A stretch of DNA of 64,000 nucleotides, taken from positions 470 through 64,469 of the forward strand of contig JBBROG010000006.1 of assembly GCA_038229635.1 (NCBI GenBank), read 5' to 3'. The translations under genes were made by a program, and so were the position numbers. Positions 1 through 8,719 of the stretch are shown here, one piece after another (positions within the stretch are counted from its first letter, which is position 1; each line of letters begins with the position of its first letter). The DNA is from Gemmatales bacterium. Lineage in GTDB: Bacteria > Planctomycetota > Planctomycetia > Gemmatales > Gemmataceae. Below the pieces are notes generated by a model, which was given only the letters and a program-made list of their open reading frames with translations, searched no databases and was not told the DNA's origin.

Positions 1-1
1 C

Positions 2-562
2 GCCCAGGCGGGCCTGGAAGACGCCGTCGTCGGCCACCCGTTCGACTTCGACCGCTCCCTCGCCGAGACGGTCGCCGCGGTGCGCAAGCCGCACGGCCGC
101 GCGGCGCACACGCTGGGCGACCTCGCCCGGCCGTGGCTGACCGACCTGCTGAAGGAACTCGACGCCGCGGCGGCGCGCGACCTCGACGACCATGAGCAGT
201 TGCACGAGGTGCGTATCGTCGGCAAGCGCCTCCGCTACGCGATGGAAGTGTTCGCCCCGTGCTTCGCCGCCGCGTTCCGCGAAGAGTTGTACCCCGCCGT
301 CGAGCGGATGCAGGAAATCCTCGGCAACGCCAACGACAGCCGCGTCGCCGTCGGGCGTTTGGAGGCTCTGCGCGACCACCTGCGGGCGGCGTCTCCCGCC
401 GACTGGGAGCGCTATCGGACAGGCGTCGAAGGGCTGCTGAAGTTTCACGAGCAGCGCCTGCCGCAAGAACGGGAGCATTTCGCGGAGTGGTGGGAGCGCT
501 GGCGGGAGTCGGGCGGCGAAGCGGCGCTGACGAACCGGGGGCTGGAGCCGGCGACGGAATGA
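2..562 (+). CDS. CHAD domain protein, C-terminal part (5' end outside window)
   Basis: The frame is open from the window edge to the stop at 560-562. Motif HEVRIVGKRLRYAMEVF is typical of CHAD helical domains. Confidence 0.6.
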   Translation, partial: AQAGLEDAVVGHPFDFDRSLAETVAAVRKPHGRAAHTLGDLARPWLTDLLKELDAAAARDLDDHEQLHEVRIVGKRLRYAMEVFAPCFAAAFREELYPAVERMQEILGNANDSRVAVGRLEALRDHLRAASPADWERYRTGVEGLLKFHEQRLPQEREHFAEWWERWRESGGEAALTNRGLEPATE

Positions 563-662
563 CGGGCGGGACGCCGGGTTCATCCCGGCAAAATGACATA
601 TTATCGGTCGATAGGAGCGAACTGAGATCGGAGTACTGAGTACTCTATCCTGGGGAGGTCCG

Positions 663-1001
663 TTACCATCGATGGCCTTGCTCTTTCCCCCACCGAAGCC
701 AGGCTTCTCTCATCGCGGCCACCTTGCCCGCGTCCCCCTCCGGAACCGGGTCGGCCCCCGTGAGGACCGTCAGCGCCGCGAACCAGTGTCGGCGGTTCAC
801 TTCCAGGTCGCGCAGAAGGAGAGGAACGACGGCCGGGCCGAGGCGGATGATCTCCTGGTATGCCGGGTGGCCGTAACGGACGCGGCTTGAAGAATGGTGG
901 GCGACCGCCTGGTGCCACGTCGAGGCCAGGCGCTGGAACCGCTCTTCGAGGCTCTCGCTCGTCGATTGCGGCGGCGCCGCGGCGTCGGGAATCGTTGCCA
1001 T
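663..1001 (-). CDS. Hypothetical small protein (112 aa)
   Basis: ATG at 1001 is preceded by AAGGAG about 8 nt upstream. Track ORF 663..1052 was trimmed to this start. No family recognised. Confidence 0.5.
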   Translation of the reverse strand: MATIPDAAAPPQSTSESLEERFQRLASTWHQAVAHHSSSRVRYGHPAYQEIIRLGPAVVPLLLRDLEVNRRHWFAALTVLTGADPVPEGDAGKVAAMREAWLRWGKEQGHRW

Positions 1002-1063
1002 GACGGTGTCTCCTTCGGGCCGGAGCGGTCGAAAGGGCGAACCCCCGACCACATTCTACCAGC

Positions 1064-1270
1064 CTACCCGCCGGGAGCCCTGCCGGACTCGGACGGAGGA
1101 GGCGTCATGACGTCAACCGCCGGCGCCGCCGTCTCCAATTCGCCGACGCCGCCGTAGTAGCGCGGCGCCTGCGGCAGGCGGCCGGGCGCGAAGTGGTCGA
1201 GCAGGTCGGCGCACGGGTGCGTGCTACACCCCGCCAGCAGCAACAGGGCCAGGGCCGCGGTCCGCTTCAT
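1064..1270 (-). CDS. Small lipoprotein
   Basis: Internal ATG gives MKRTAALALLLLAGC, a signal peptide with a lipobox Cys. Confidence 0.5.
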   Translation of the reverse strand: MKRTAALALLLLAGCSTHPCADLLDHFAPGRLPQAPRYYGGVGELETAAPAVDVMTPPPSESGRAPGG

Positions 1271-1431
1271 GCCCGGCCTATAGCAACTCGCCGCGCCTCT
1301 TTCCAGGCCGAACGCCTTTCCCCGGCCTTCATCGAACGCTCGCTGAAGGATCAAGCCGCCCCCACCCCGTCTTCACGAACTCGCCATCTTCCCGCGTCAA
1401 ACTCCTCGCATCGTCGTCGGACCGCCAGGAG

Positions 1432-2661
1432 ATGGGAATGACTCAGGCACTGTCGGCCGGGGAGCGCCTCCGCAACTCGCTCTTCCGCGCCGTCCACCGG
1501 CACAACCTGGTCTACAACACCTGCTGGGAGGACCCGGCGCTGGACCGCGTCGCCCTGGGGCTGACCCCGTCGGACCGCGTGCTGGTCATCACCAGCGCCG
1601 GCTGCAACGCCCTCGACTACCTTCTCGCCGGCGCCGGCGAGGTCAACGCCGTCGACGTCAACCCGATCCAGAACCACCTGCTGGAGCTGAAAGTCGCCGC
1701 CGTCCGCGCCCTCGACTTCGCCTCGTTCTTCGAGCTGTTCGGCCGCGGCCAGACGCCGCGGGCGCGGGCGATGTACTACGAGGGGATCCGCGGCCGACTC
1801 TCGTCCGGCGCCCGCGACTACTGGGACCGCCGCATCGACTTCTTCGACGGCCGCGGCTGGCGCCACTCCTTCTACTACCGCGGCACGTCCGGCTCGCTGG
1901 CCAAGCTGCTGATGGCCAAGGCGCACGCGCTCGGGCGGCTGCGCGGGCCGATCGAGGAGCTGCTGGCGGCGCGGTCGGTCGACGAGCAGCGGGAGGTCTA
2001 CGAGGCGCGCGTCCGCGACCGCCTGTGGACGCCGGCGCTGCGCTGGCTCCTCAACCGCAGCACGACGATGAGCCTGATCGGCGTGCCGGCGGCGCAGTGG
2101 CGACAGATCGACGAGCAGCACCCCGGCGGCCTGGCCGCGTTCATCCGCGACGCGCTGGAGGCCGTGGTCACGCGGCTGCCGCTGGCCGACAACTACTTCT
2201 GGCGCGTCTACCTGCAAGGGCACTATACGCCCGAATGCTGTCCCGAATACCTCAAGCCGGCGAACTTCGCCCGCCTCAAGGCCGGGCTGCTCGACAGGCT
2301 GCGCGTCCGCACCGCCACGCTGACGGACTTCTTGCGGGCGACGCCGGGGGAAATCAGCAAGTTCGTCCTGCTGGACCACATGGACTGGATGAGCCACAGC
2401 CAGCCGGCGGCGCTCGTCGAGGAATGGAACGAGGTTCTCCGCAAGGCGGCGCCGGGGGCGCGGGCGATCTTCCGCAGCGCCGGGCTCCGCGTCACCTACC
2501 TCGACCACCTGCGCGTCCGGCACCGCGGCCGCGAGGCCGCGTTGGGCGAGCTGCTCGCCTACCGCCGGCCGTTAGCCGCCGAGCTTCACGCCCGCGACCG
2601 CGTCCACACTTACGGGAGCTTCCACATCGCCGACTTGCCCGGCCGCGGAGGGACTTCATGA
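1432..2661 (+). CDS. btaA: BtaA-like S-adenosylmethionine:diacylglycerol 3-amino-3-carboxypropyl transferase (DUF3419 family)
   Basis: Motifs NTCWEDPALD and ITSAGCNALDYLL are present. The stop overlaps the start of a SAM methyltransferase (ATGA). ATG 1438 has better spacing to the AGGAG at 1427-1431 and may be the true start. Confidence 0.75.
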   Translation: MGMTQALSAGERLRNSLFRAVHRHNLVYNTCWEDPALDRVALGLTPSDRVLVITSAGCNALDYLLAGAGEVNAVDVNPIQNHLLELKVAAVRALDFASFFELFGRGQTPRARAMYYEGIRGRLSSGARDYWDRRIDFFDGRGWRHSFYYRGTSGSLAKLLMAKAHALGRLRGPIEELLAARSVDEQREVYEARVRDRLWTPALRWLLNRSTTMSLIGVPAAQWRQIDEQHPGGLAAFIRDALEAVVTRLPLADNYFWRVYLQGHYTPECCPEYLKPANFARLKAGLLDRLRVRTATLTDFLRATPGEISKFVLLDHMDWMSHSQPAALVEEWNEVLRKAAPGARAIFRSAGLRVTYLDHLRVRHRGREAALGELLAYRRPLAAELHARDRVHTYGSFHIADLPGRGGTS

Positions 2662-3386
2662 GCCTCGTCGCCGACCTGCGCGTCCTCTACCACATGGCCT
2701 TCCCGCCCGCGGGCGGCGACGGCCACGCGGGACGGCTGGAGGCGTTCTACGGGCCGCAGGCCGAGGCTTACGACGACTTCCGCCGCCGCCTCCTGCACGG
2801 CCGCGAGGAGATGATGCGCTCCCTGGAGATCCCCGAAGACGCTCACCTGCTCGACCTCGGCGGCGGCACCGGCCACAACCTCACGTACCTGGACGGCCGC
2901 TGGGAGAGGCTGCGGCGGGCGACCGTCGTCGACCTGTGCCCGTCGCTGCTGCGCGTCGCCGAGGCGCGGGCGCGGCACGAGGGCTGGGACAAGGTGCGGA
3001 CCGTCCTGGCCGACGTCACCGCCTTCGAGCCCGACGACGGGCCGGCCGACGTCGTCACCTTCTCCTACGCGCTGACGATGATCCCCGACTGGTTTGCGGC
3101 GATTGACCTGGCTTACGCGGTGCTGAAGCCGGGCGGCACGATCGGCGTCGCGGATTTTTACGTCTCGCGCAAGTGGCCGGCGCCCGGAAGAACGCGGCAC
3201 GGCGCCTGGCGGCGCACGTTCTGGCCGTGCTGGTTCGGCCGCGACAACGTCTTCCTGTCGCCGGACATCTTACCCTATCTCCAAAGCCGCTTCGAGACGG
3301 TGCGCCTCGAAGAGCGCCTCGGTACGGTGCCCTACCTGCCCGGCGCCCGCGTGCCGTATTACGTCTTCCTGGGGCGGAAATCCTGA
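2658..3386 (+). CDS. btaB: BtaB-like SAM-dependent methyltransferase
   Basis: ATG 2658 overlaps the btaA stop. Motif LLDLGGGTGHN is a class I methyltransferase glycine motif. This is the in-frame internal start of track ORF 2025..3386. Confidence 0.7.
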   Translation: MSLVADLRVLYHMAFPPAGGDGHAGRLEAFYGPQAEAYDDFRRRLLHGREEMMRSLEIPEDAHLLDLGGGTGHNLTYLDGRWERLRRATVVDLCPSLLRVAEARARHEGWDKVRTVLADVTAFEPDDGPADVVTFSYALTMIPDWFAAIDLAYAVLKPGGTIGVADFYVSRKWPAPGRTRHGAWRRTFWPCWFGRDNVFLSPDILPYLQSRFETVRLEERLGTVPYLPGARVPYYVFLGRKS

Positions 3387-3430
3387 CACGACACGCCTTC
3401 GGCCGCGCCCCGTCAGACCACCTCCTTCTC

Positions 3431-3453
3431 GTCCCCGAGCAGAGCTCGGGGAC
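3431..3453 (+). terminator. GC-rich hairpin downstream of btaB
   Basis: gtccccgagc-aga-gctcggggac forms a 10-bp perfect stem with a 3-nt loop, 45 nt after the btaB stop. There is no U-tract. Confidence 0.4.
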
Positions 3454-3497
3454 GCCGGTCCCGAAGCTCCGCTTCGCGACCGAAACCCCCAGCCGCG

Positions 3498-3526
3498 TTG
3501 GCTCAAGGACAGGTGCCGCTTAGAAT
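3498..3526 (+). promoter_or_regulatory. Sigma70-like promoter candidate for the DUF433/DUF5615 pair
   Basis: TTGGCT (3498-3503), 17-nt spacer, TAGAAT (3521-3526), 64 nt upstream of ATG 3590. Confidence 0.35.
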
Positions 3527-3589
3527 ACGGAAGCAGCCGCCGACGCGCGGCGGAACGTCGTCGAGTCGCGCCCCGTCCGAGGACACCCC

Positions 3590-3832
3590 ATGCCAGACCC
3601 CAGCCATCGGGATCGCATCGTGATCGACCCCAACATCCTGGTCGGCAAGCCGACCGTCCGCGGGCTCCGGATCAGCGTCGAACACGTCCTCCGGGCGCTG
3701 AGTGCGGGCGTTCCCGTCGAAGACCTCTTGGCGGACTACCCCGACTTGCAGCGCGAAGACGTCTACGCCTGTCTCGCCTACAGCGCCGACCTCGTCGCCG
3801 AGGAGCGCGTTTATCCCGTCGGGGTGCCATGA
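3590..3832 (+). CDS. DUF433-family antitoxin-like protein
   Basis: Motif GKPTVRGLRISVEHVL is typical of DUF433. There is a 4-nt overlap with the downstream gene. Confidence 0.75.
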   Translation: MPDPSHRDRIVIDPNILVGKPTVRGLRISVEHVLRALSAGVPVEDLLADYPDLQREDVYACLAYSADLVAEERVYPVGVP

Positions 3833-4206
3833 GCCGACCGCTCCGCATCCTGGTCGACGTGAGTACCGGGGACGCCGCCGCCCGCTGGCTGGCCGCCGCG
3901 GGCCACGATACGCGCGACGTGCGCGACCTCGACCCGCGCATGGCGGACACGGACATCCTCGCCCTGGCCGTGCGCGAACAGCGGCTGGTCGTCACGATGG
4001 ATAACGATTTTGGAGAGCTTGTTTACCATTCCGGCTTAGCCCATGCCGGCGTCCTGCTCTTGCGCCTGGAGGATGCGACCAGCGCCGCCAAGGTCCACGT
4101 CCTCGAGCAGATCTTGGCCCGCCACGCCGACGAACTGCCAGGCGCCTTCGCCGTTTACAAGAACGGCCGATTGCGCATCCGCGGTCCCCGCACCGAGGAC
4201 GCCTGA
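3829..4206 (+). CDS. DUF5615-family PIN-like toxin candidate
   Basis: Motifs ILVDVS... and VVTMDNDFGEL resemble DUF5615 partners of DUF433. The gene is translationally coupled to the upstream gene. Confidence 0.7.
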   Translation: MSRPLRILVDVSTGDAAARWLAAAGHDTRDVRDLDPRMADTDILALAVREQRLVVTMDNDFGELVYHSGLAHAGVLLLRLEDATSAAKVHVLEQILARHADELPGAFAVYKNGRLRIRGPRTEDA

Positions 4207-4288
4207 GTTGAACCCGGGAGACTGACGCAACGAGCCTTCCCCCGTTTCAACGGCATCGGCTGTCGCCGTGGCTTCTCCCCAGAGGGAC

Positions 4289-5446
4289 TCACACCGCCTC
4301 GAAGATCGTCGCGATGCCCTGCCCGGCGCCGATGCACATCGTCGCCAGCCCGAACTTCGCCTTGCGGTCGAGCATCGCGTGCAGCAGCGTCGTCGCGAGC
4401 CGTGCCCCGCTGGCGCCGAGCGGGTGCCCCAGCGCGATCGCGCCGCCGCGCACGTTGACCTTTTCCGGATCGGCCTTCAGCGCCTTCATCACCGCGAGCG
4501 CCTGCGCCGCGAACGCCTCGTTGATCTCGATCAGGTCGATGTCCGGCAAGGTCAACCCGGCTCGCTCCAGCGCCTTGTGCGTCGCCGGCACCGGGCCGAT
4601 GCCCATCACCGACGGGTCGACGCCGGCCACCGCCATCGCCCGCACGCGCGCCTTCGGCGTCAGCCCCAGTTCCTTCGCCCGCTCCTCCGACATGACGAGC
4701 AGCGCCGCGGCGCCGACGCTGATCTGGCTGGAGTTGCCCGCCGTGACCGTGCCGCCGTCGGCCATGAACGCCGGCCGCAGCGCCGACAGCGCCTCCAGGC
4801 TCGTGTCGCGGCGGATGCCCTGGTCCTCGTGGATCACCTTGCGCCGCCCCTCCTCGTCGCGGCCCCATGTCGGCACGATCTCCTTCGCGAAAGCACCACT
4901 GTCGGCTGCCTGGGCGGCGAGGCGGTGGCTGCGCAGGGCGAACTCGTCCTGTTCGCGGCGGACGATCTTGTAGCGGATCGCGAGGTTTTCGGCGGTCAGG
5001 CCCATGTGCATCGTCGCCGGGCTGTGGCGGAAGAACAGACGCGGGCTCGGGTCGTAGCCGGCCTCCATCGGGATGTGCTGCATGTGCTCGACGCCGCCGG
5101 CGATCTGCACGTCCTCGCATTCGGCGGCGATGCTCTGCGCCGCCTGGTGGATCGCCTGCAGGCTCGACCCGCACAGGCGGTTGACGGTGGCGGCGCCGAC
5201 CTCGACGGGCAGCCCGGCGATCAGGGCGCCCATGCGGCCGACGTTGTAGCCCTGTTCGCCCTGCTGCTTGACGCAGCCCCAGTGGACGTCCTCGACCTCC
5301 GAAGGCGGGATGCCGGCGCGCTCCAGCAGGGCGCGCATCAGGTCGGCCGACAGGTCGTCGGCGCGGACGTCGCGGTAAATGCCCTTCTCGGCGTGGGCGC
5401 GGCCGACGGGGGTGCGGGCGGCTTCGACGATTACGGCGCGGCGCAT
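4289..5446 (-). CDS. Acetyl-CoA acetyltransferase / thiolase
   Basis: The active-site region NRLCGSSLQAI and the C-terminal GLATMCIGAGQGIA are present. Full length is 385 aa. Confidence 0.9.
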   Translation of the reverse strand: MRRAVIVEAARTPVGRAHAEKGIYRDVRADDLSADLMRALLERAGIPPSEVEDVHWGCVKQQGEQGYNVGRMGALIAGLPVEVGAATVNRLCGSSLQAIHQAAQSIAAECEDVQIAGGVEHMQHIPMEAGYDPSPRLFFRHSPATMHMGLTAENLAIRYKIVRREQDEFALRSHRLAAQAADSGAFAKEIVPTWGRDEEGRRKVIHEDQGIRRDTSLEALSALRPAFMADGGTVTAGNSSQISVGAAALLVMSEERAKELGLTPKARVRAMAVAGVDPSVMGIGPVPATHKALERAGLTLPDIDLIEINEAFAAQALAVMKALKADPEKVNVRGGAIALGHPLGASGARLATTLLHAMLDRKAKFGLATMCIGAGQGIATIFEAV

Positions 5447-5461
5447 GAGAGGTCTCCTTCG

Positions 5462-7396
5462 TTACTTCTTCGACTTCAGCGACTCGTTCTGATACCAGGC
5501 GCGAAACTCGTTGAGGTTCTCGGGGCGGAGCGCCTCGAGGGCAGCGAACTCGGCCTCGGCGCCGGGGCGGTCCCCGGCGTGCAGCAATCCGCTGACCCGC
5601 AGCGCCCGCGCCTCGACGCTCGCCGGGTCGAGGCGCAGCCACTCGTCCGCCTGGGCGCGGGCCTCGGCCCACGCCTCCTTGCGCGACAGGACGCGGGCGA
5701 GCTTGCGGCGGTAACTCGCCAGGTACGGGTTGACCTCGACGGCGCGGCGCCAGTAAGTCTCGGCCCGGTCGAAGCGCCCCAGGTCCTCGGCGAGCAGGCC
5801 GGCGTCGGCCAGCGCCATCTCGCGGCGCGGCGCCTTCGCCAGCACCTCCTCCAGCGCTTCCAGGGCCGTCACGGGCAACCCCTGCGCCTTCAGTGCCAGC
5901 GCCCGCGCCTCGCACGCCTCCCAGTCCTCCGGGTCGTTCTCGACGGCCGGGTCGAGGAAGCCCCGCGCGGCGCCGCACTGCGAGGCGGCCGGGAACCTGC
6001 CGTCCTCCGCCAGCCGCATCAGGGCGATGCCGAGGTCGCGCGCCGTCTCGCCGTCGCGCGGGTCGAACGGCTGGCGGTGGAACGGGACGACCGGCAGGCC
6101 GCGCGGCGCGGACGATGCTCGGGCGGACGACGCCGCGAGTTTGCGCCGGGGAATGCGGTGGTCCGTCGAGGCGGTGTGCGGGACGTCCGAGGTCGCGTAA
6201 CGCGGCATGTGACACTGGACGCAGCTATCCGGGGCGCTCGTCTTGCGCCGCTCCGCTTCGGGGACGCTACATCCGCGCGTCGCGTGGCACTCCAGGCACG
6301 CCTTGCGGTAGTGCTCGACGCGCCGCTCCGGGGCGAGGCGGACGTGCGGGTCGTGGCAACTGACGCAGCCGAGGCGCCCGTCCGAGGCGCGGAAGCAGCG
6401 GCTGACGTGCATCTGTTCGACGTGGCTGACGGCGCGCTCGTCGCCCGGTTGTCCCTCGTCGGGCGTCACGAAGACGGTGACGAAGTCTTGCAGCGCCAGG
6501 CCGGGGCGGAAGTCGTGCAGGGCGCGGCCGCGGCGCACGACCGAGATTTGTCCTTCGAGATGACACTGCTCGCACACGGCCTCGCGCAGGGCCGGGGCCA
6601 GGCGGCGCGGGTTGACGACGGTCGGGTCGGGGTCGGGCAGTGCCTCGGCGCGCGAGCGGGCGGCGACGTGCGGCTCGCCGGGGCCGTGGCAGCGCTCGCA
6701 GCCGATGGCGTGGCCGTCGAAGACTGGCTCCTTGAAGCGGTTGACGGTGCCTTCCACCGGCTCGGCGCGGTTGGCGTGGCAGAACAGGCAGGTCCGCTCC
6801 ACGGGCCGGCCGGCGAGCGAATTAACGCTAAAGCCAGGAGAGATATCCCATTTGGCCTGCTGCGCGTACCAACTGACGGGCGTCTGGAAGACGTAGCCGT
6901 CGCGCACGGCGAAGAAGGAGTGGCCGCGCGTGCCGGAGCCGACGGCGTAGGCGACGTCGAAGGCCGTGTCGTAAATCGGCCAGCCGTCGGCGTCGGCGGC
7001 GAGGGAGGTGCGGCGGTGGCGGACGCGGCCGCCGTCGTGTTCGACGCGGAAGCGGGCGCCGAACGCCTCGAAGGGGTTGTGGTGGGCGGCGTCCTCCGGC
7101 AGGGCGACGCGCGCCGCCGGCGCGAGCGACCGGCCCATCGCGTGCTGGCGGTACGTGCGGGCGATGTCGAGGTGGCAGTCGGCACAGGCAGCGTCGCCGA
7201 CGTATTTCGCGTCGGGGTGGACGTTGCGGTAGGGGCCGTCGTAGGCGAGGCGCGGGTCGGGCGGCAGGTGGCGCTCGACGGGCTCGGGGGCGTCGGACAT
7301 GCCGGGACGCGGGCGAAGGAAGAGCCAGCCGAGGAGAACGACGGCCGCGAGAGCGAAACCGACGGCAGCGGAGCGCCTGACGCTGGCAACGTCCAT
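5462..7396 (-). CDS. Multihaem cytochrome c with C-terminal TPR repeats
   Basis: There are seven CxxCH motifs (CADCH, CLFCH, CERCH, CEQCH, CVSCH, CLECH, CVQCH), an N-terminal membrane anchor and a TPR-like C-terminus. Confidence 0.8.
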   Translation of the reverse strand: MDVASVRRSAAVGFALAAVVLLGWLFLRPRPGMSDAPEPVERHLPPDPRLAYDGPYRNVHPDAKYVGDAACADCHLDIARTYRQHAMGRSLAPAARVALPEDAAHHNPFEAFGARFRVEHDGGRVRHRRTSLAADADGWPIYDTAFDVAYAVGSGTRGHSFFAVRDGYVFQTPVSWYAQQAKWDISPGFSVNSLAGRPVERTCLFCHANRAEPVEGTVNRFKEPVFDGHAIGCERCHGPGEPHVAARSRAEALPDPDPTVVNPRRLAPALREAVCEQCHLEGQISVVRRGRALHDFRPGLALQDFVTVFVTPDEGQPGDERAVSHVEQMHVSRCFRASDGRLGCVSCHDPHVRLAPERRVEHYRKACLECHATRGCSVPEAERRKTSAPDSCVQCHMPRYATSDVPHTASTDHRIPRRKLAASSARASSAPRGLPVVPFHRQPFDPRDGETARDLGIALMRLAEDGRFPAASQCGAARGFLDPAVENDPEDWEACEARALALKAQGLPVTALEALEEVLAKAPRREMALADAGLLAEDLGRFDRAETYWRRAVEVNPYLASYRRKLARVLSRKEAWAEARAQADEWLRLDPASVEARALRVSGLLHAGDRPGAEAEFAALEALRPENLNEFRAWYQNESLKSKK

Positions 7397-7440
7397 CGCA
7401 ATCGGCTCCTCGGGTGGGTCTTGACCGCGCCTTCAGGGCG

Positions 7441-7737
7441 TCAACTCTTCCGCGCGGGCTCAAGTTTGAAAACGCACCCGCCTTCCGGAATGAGCGATTC
7501 CGCCTGTCGAATGGCCGCGGAAAAGGCGGCCCCCTCCTTATTCTCCAGCTCATGCAGGCGCCTAAGAGCTTGCCTGAACAGAGGGCTCTGTACCAGCACA
7601 CGCCGCTCTTCTTCGGTCCCGGCAATTTCGCTAAACAGGCCCTCCGGAGTGAAGAGTTTGTTGCTCAGCGGCATGGCGTGGGTCTCGTTCGCCAAGACGT
7701 CCCGGATCCGCCGCTCGATCTCGTCGCGCTTTGTCAT
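7441..7737 (-). CDS. Hypothetical protein (98 aa)
   Basis: A clean ORF in a visibly AT-richer stretch, 12 nt downstream of the 105-aa ORF. No family recognised. Confidence 0.5.
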   Translation of the reverse strand: MTKRDEIERRIRDVLANETHAMPLSNKLFTPEGLFSEIAGTEEERRVLVQSPLFRQALRRLHELENKEGAAFSAAIRQAESLIPEGGCVFKLEPARKS

Positions 7738-7749
7738 TTCCGAAGTCCC

Positions 7750-8067
7750 CTAAGTGACGAACCGCACGTCCACGTCCCTCTGGATTTCGAGATAGATGGA
7801 CTCTTGCTTTGTCTTGCTCTTGAAGTCTCGCAACACCTCTTCGAGTTCGGCAACTCGCGCCTCCTCCAGAATGACCTTGAACGCCTTGTGTTCGTCCAGC
7901 GCCTGCGAACCGTCGGCCATTCGGTAAGCGCCTTCAACGTGGCCGAGGTAGGTCCAACCGACGAAACGCACGAAGAGTTCCATTCTCAATTCCGCCGTTT
8001 CGCTCGACAGGTCGCGCCCGTCGTTGTCGTACACCGGGATGTAGAACAACGCCTTGACCTTCGCCAT
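7750..8067 (-). CDS. Hypothetical protein (105 aa), weak DUF3574-like pattern
   Basis: A clean ORF 22 nt downstream of the phosphoesterase gene. Segments such as FYIPVYDNDGRDL...GWTYLGHVEGAYR...TKQESIYLEI are only loosely reminiscent of DUF3574. Confidence 0.5.
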   Translation of the reverse strand: MAKVKALFYIPVYDNDGRDLSSETAELRMELFVRFVGWTYLGHVEGAYRMADGSQALDEHKAFKVILEEARVAELEEVLRDFKSKTKQESIYLEIQRDVDVRFVT

Positions 8068-8089
8068 ATTATACCCTCCACGCCGCGGG

Positions 8090-8575
8090 TCATTCTACCA
8101 CGACCGTCTCCGCCTCGCGCGTCTGGAGGTCGAGGACGACGAACGTCTTCGTCCTGGCCCGGTGCAGGGCGCCGGGGTTGATGACGCGCGTCGGCCCGAC
8201 CTGATGTTCCTCCGCCTGGTGCGTGTGCCCGTAGAAGAGGAAGTCGAACGCGCCGCTCTGCCCCAGGTCGTGCAGCAGGTCCCGGTCGTCGCCGTGGACG
8301 AAGGCGATCTTCACACCCTCCAACTCCACGAAGCCGTAGCCCTCGTGCATCGTCTCGCCGATGCCGTGGACGGCCTGGCGGATGGCGTGCCGCTCCGTGT
8401 CGCAGTTGCCGAAGACGAAGTGAGCCGTGAAGCCCCGGAAGAGCCAGACCGTCTCCGCGTCGTCGAGGTCGCCGCAGTGGAGGATCGTGTTGATCTGGCG
8501 CTCCTGCAAGAGCTTCAGCGCCTTCTCGACGGTGTCGTGACGGGCGTGCGTGTCGCTCAGGACGCCGATGCGCAT
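8090..8575 (-). CDS. YfcE/MJ0936-like metallophosphoesterase
   Basis: Internal ATG at 8575 is preceded by AAGGAGG. Motifs are MRIGVLSDTH, HCGD, GNCD and GHTH. Confidence 0.8.
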   Translation of the reverse strand: MRIGVLSDTHARHDTVEKALKLLQERQINTILHCGDLDDAETVWLFRGFTAHFVFGNCDTERHAIRQAVHGIGETMHEGYGFVELEGVKIAFVHGDDRDLLHDLGQSGAFDFLFYGHTHQAEEHQVGPTRVINPGALHRARTKTFVVLDLQTREAETVVVE

Positions 8576-8719
8576 GGCAAATCCTCCTTCCCCGGCCCAT
8601 TGTACCGCCGGGGGCACGGTCCGCGTACCGATTCCGCCCGGCGCGGCTACCCGGCCGGGCGGCGCCCGTCTATCATGGGAGGTCAGACGCGCACCGCCGG
8701 CACGACAGGCCCGACGACC

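Noticed and set aside
4268-7753. Very long ORFs on the opposite strand or in alternative frames of well-supported genes. Examples are 4268..7753 (+), 4155..6215 (-), 1351..2523 (-), 20802..22559 (+), 47460..49463 (+), 49605..51863 (+), 38070..39647 (-) and 40124..41842 (-).
   Set aside because: Their translations are Arg/Ala/Pro/Gly-rich low-complexity sequences without motifs. They overlap genes that have clear family signatures. Stop-codon depletion in very GC-rich DNA generates such shadow ORFs.
8675-8719. Upstream ATG 8675 as the start of the first gene of the MoxR operon.
   Set aside because: It adds only a low-complexity MGGQTRTAGTTGPTT extension. Neither ATG has a clear SD, so 8720 is used provisionally and 8675 is kept as an alternative.
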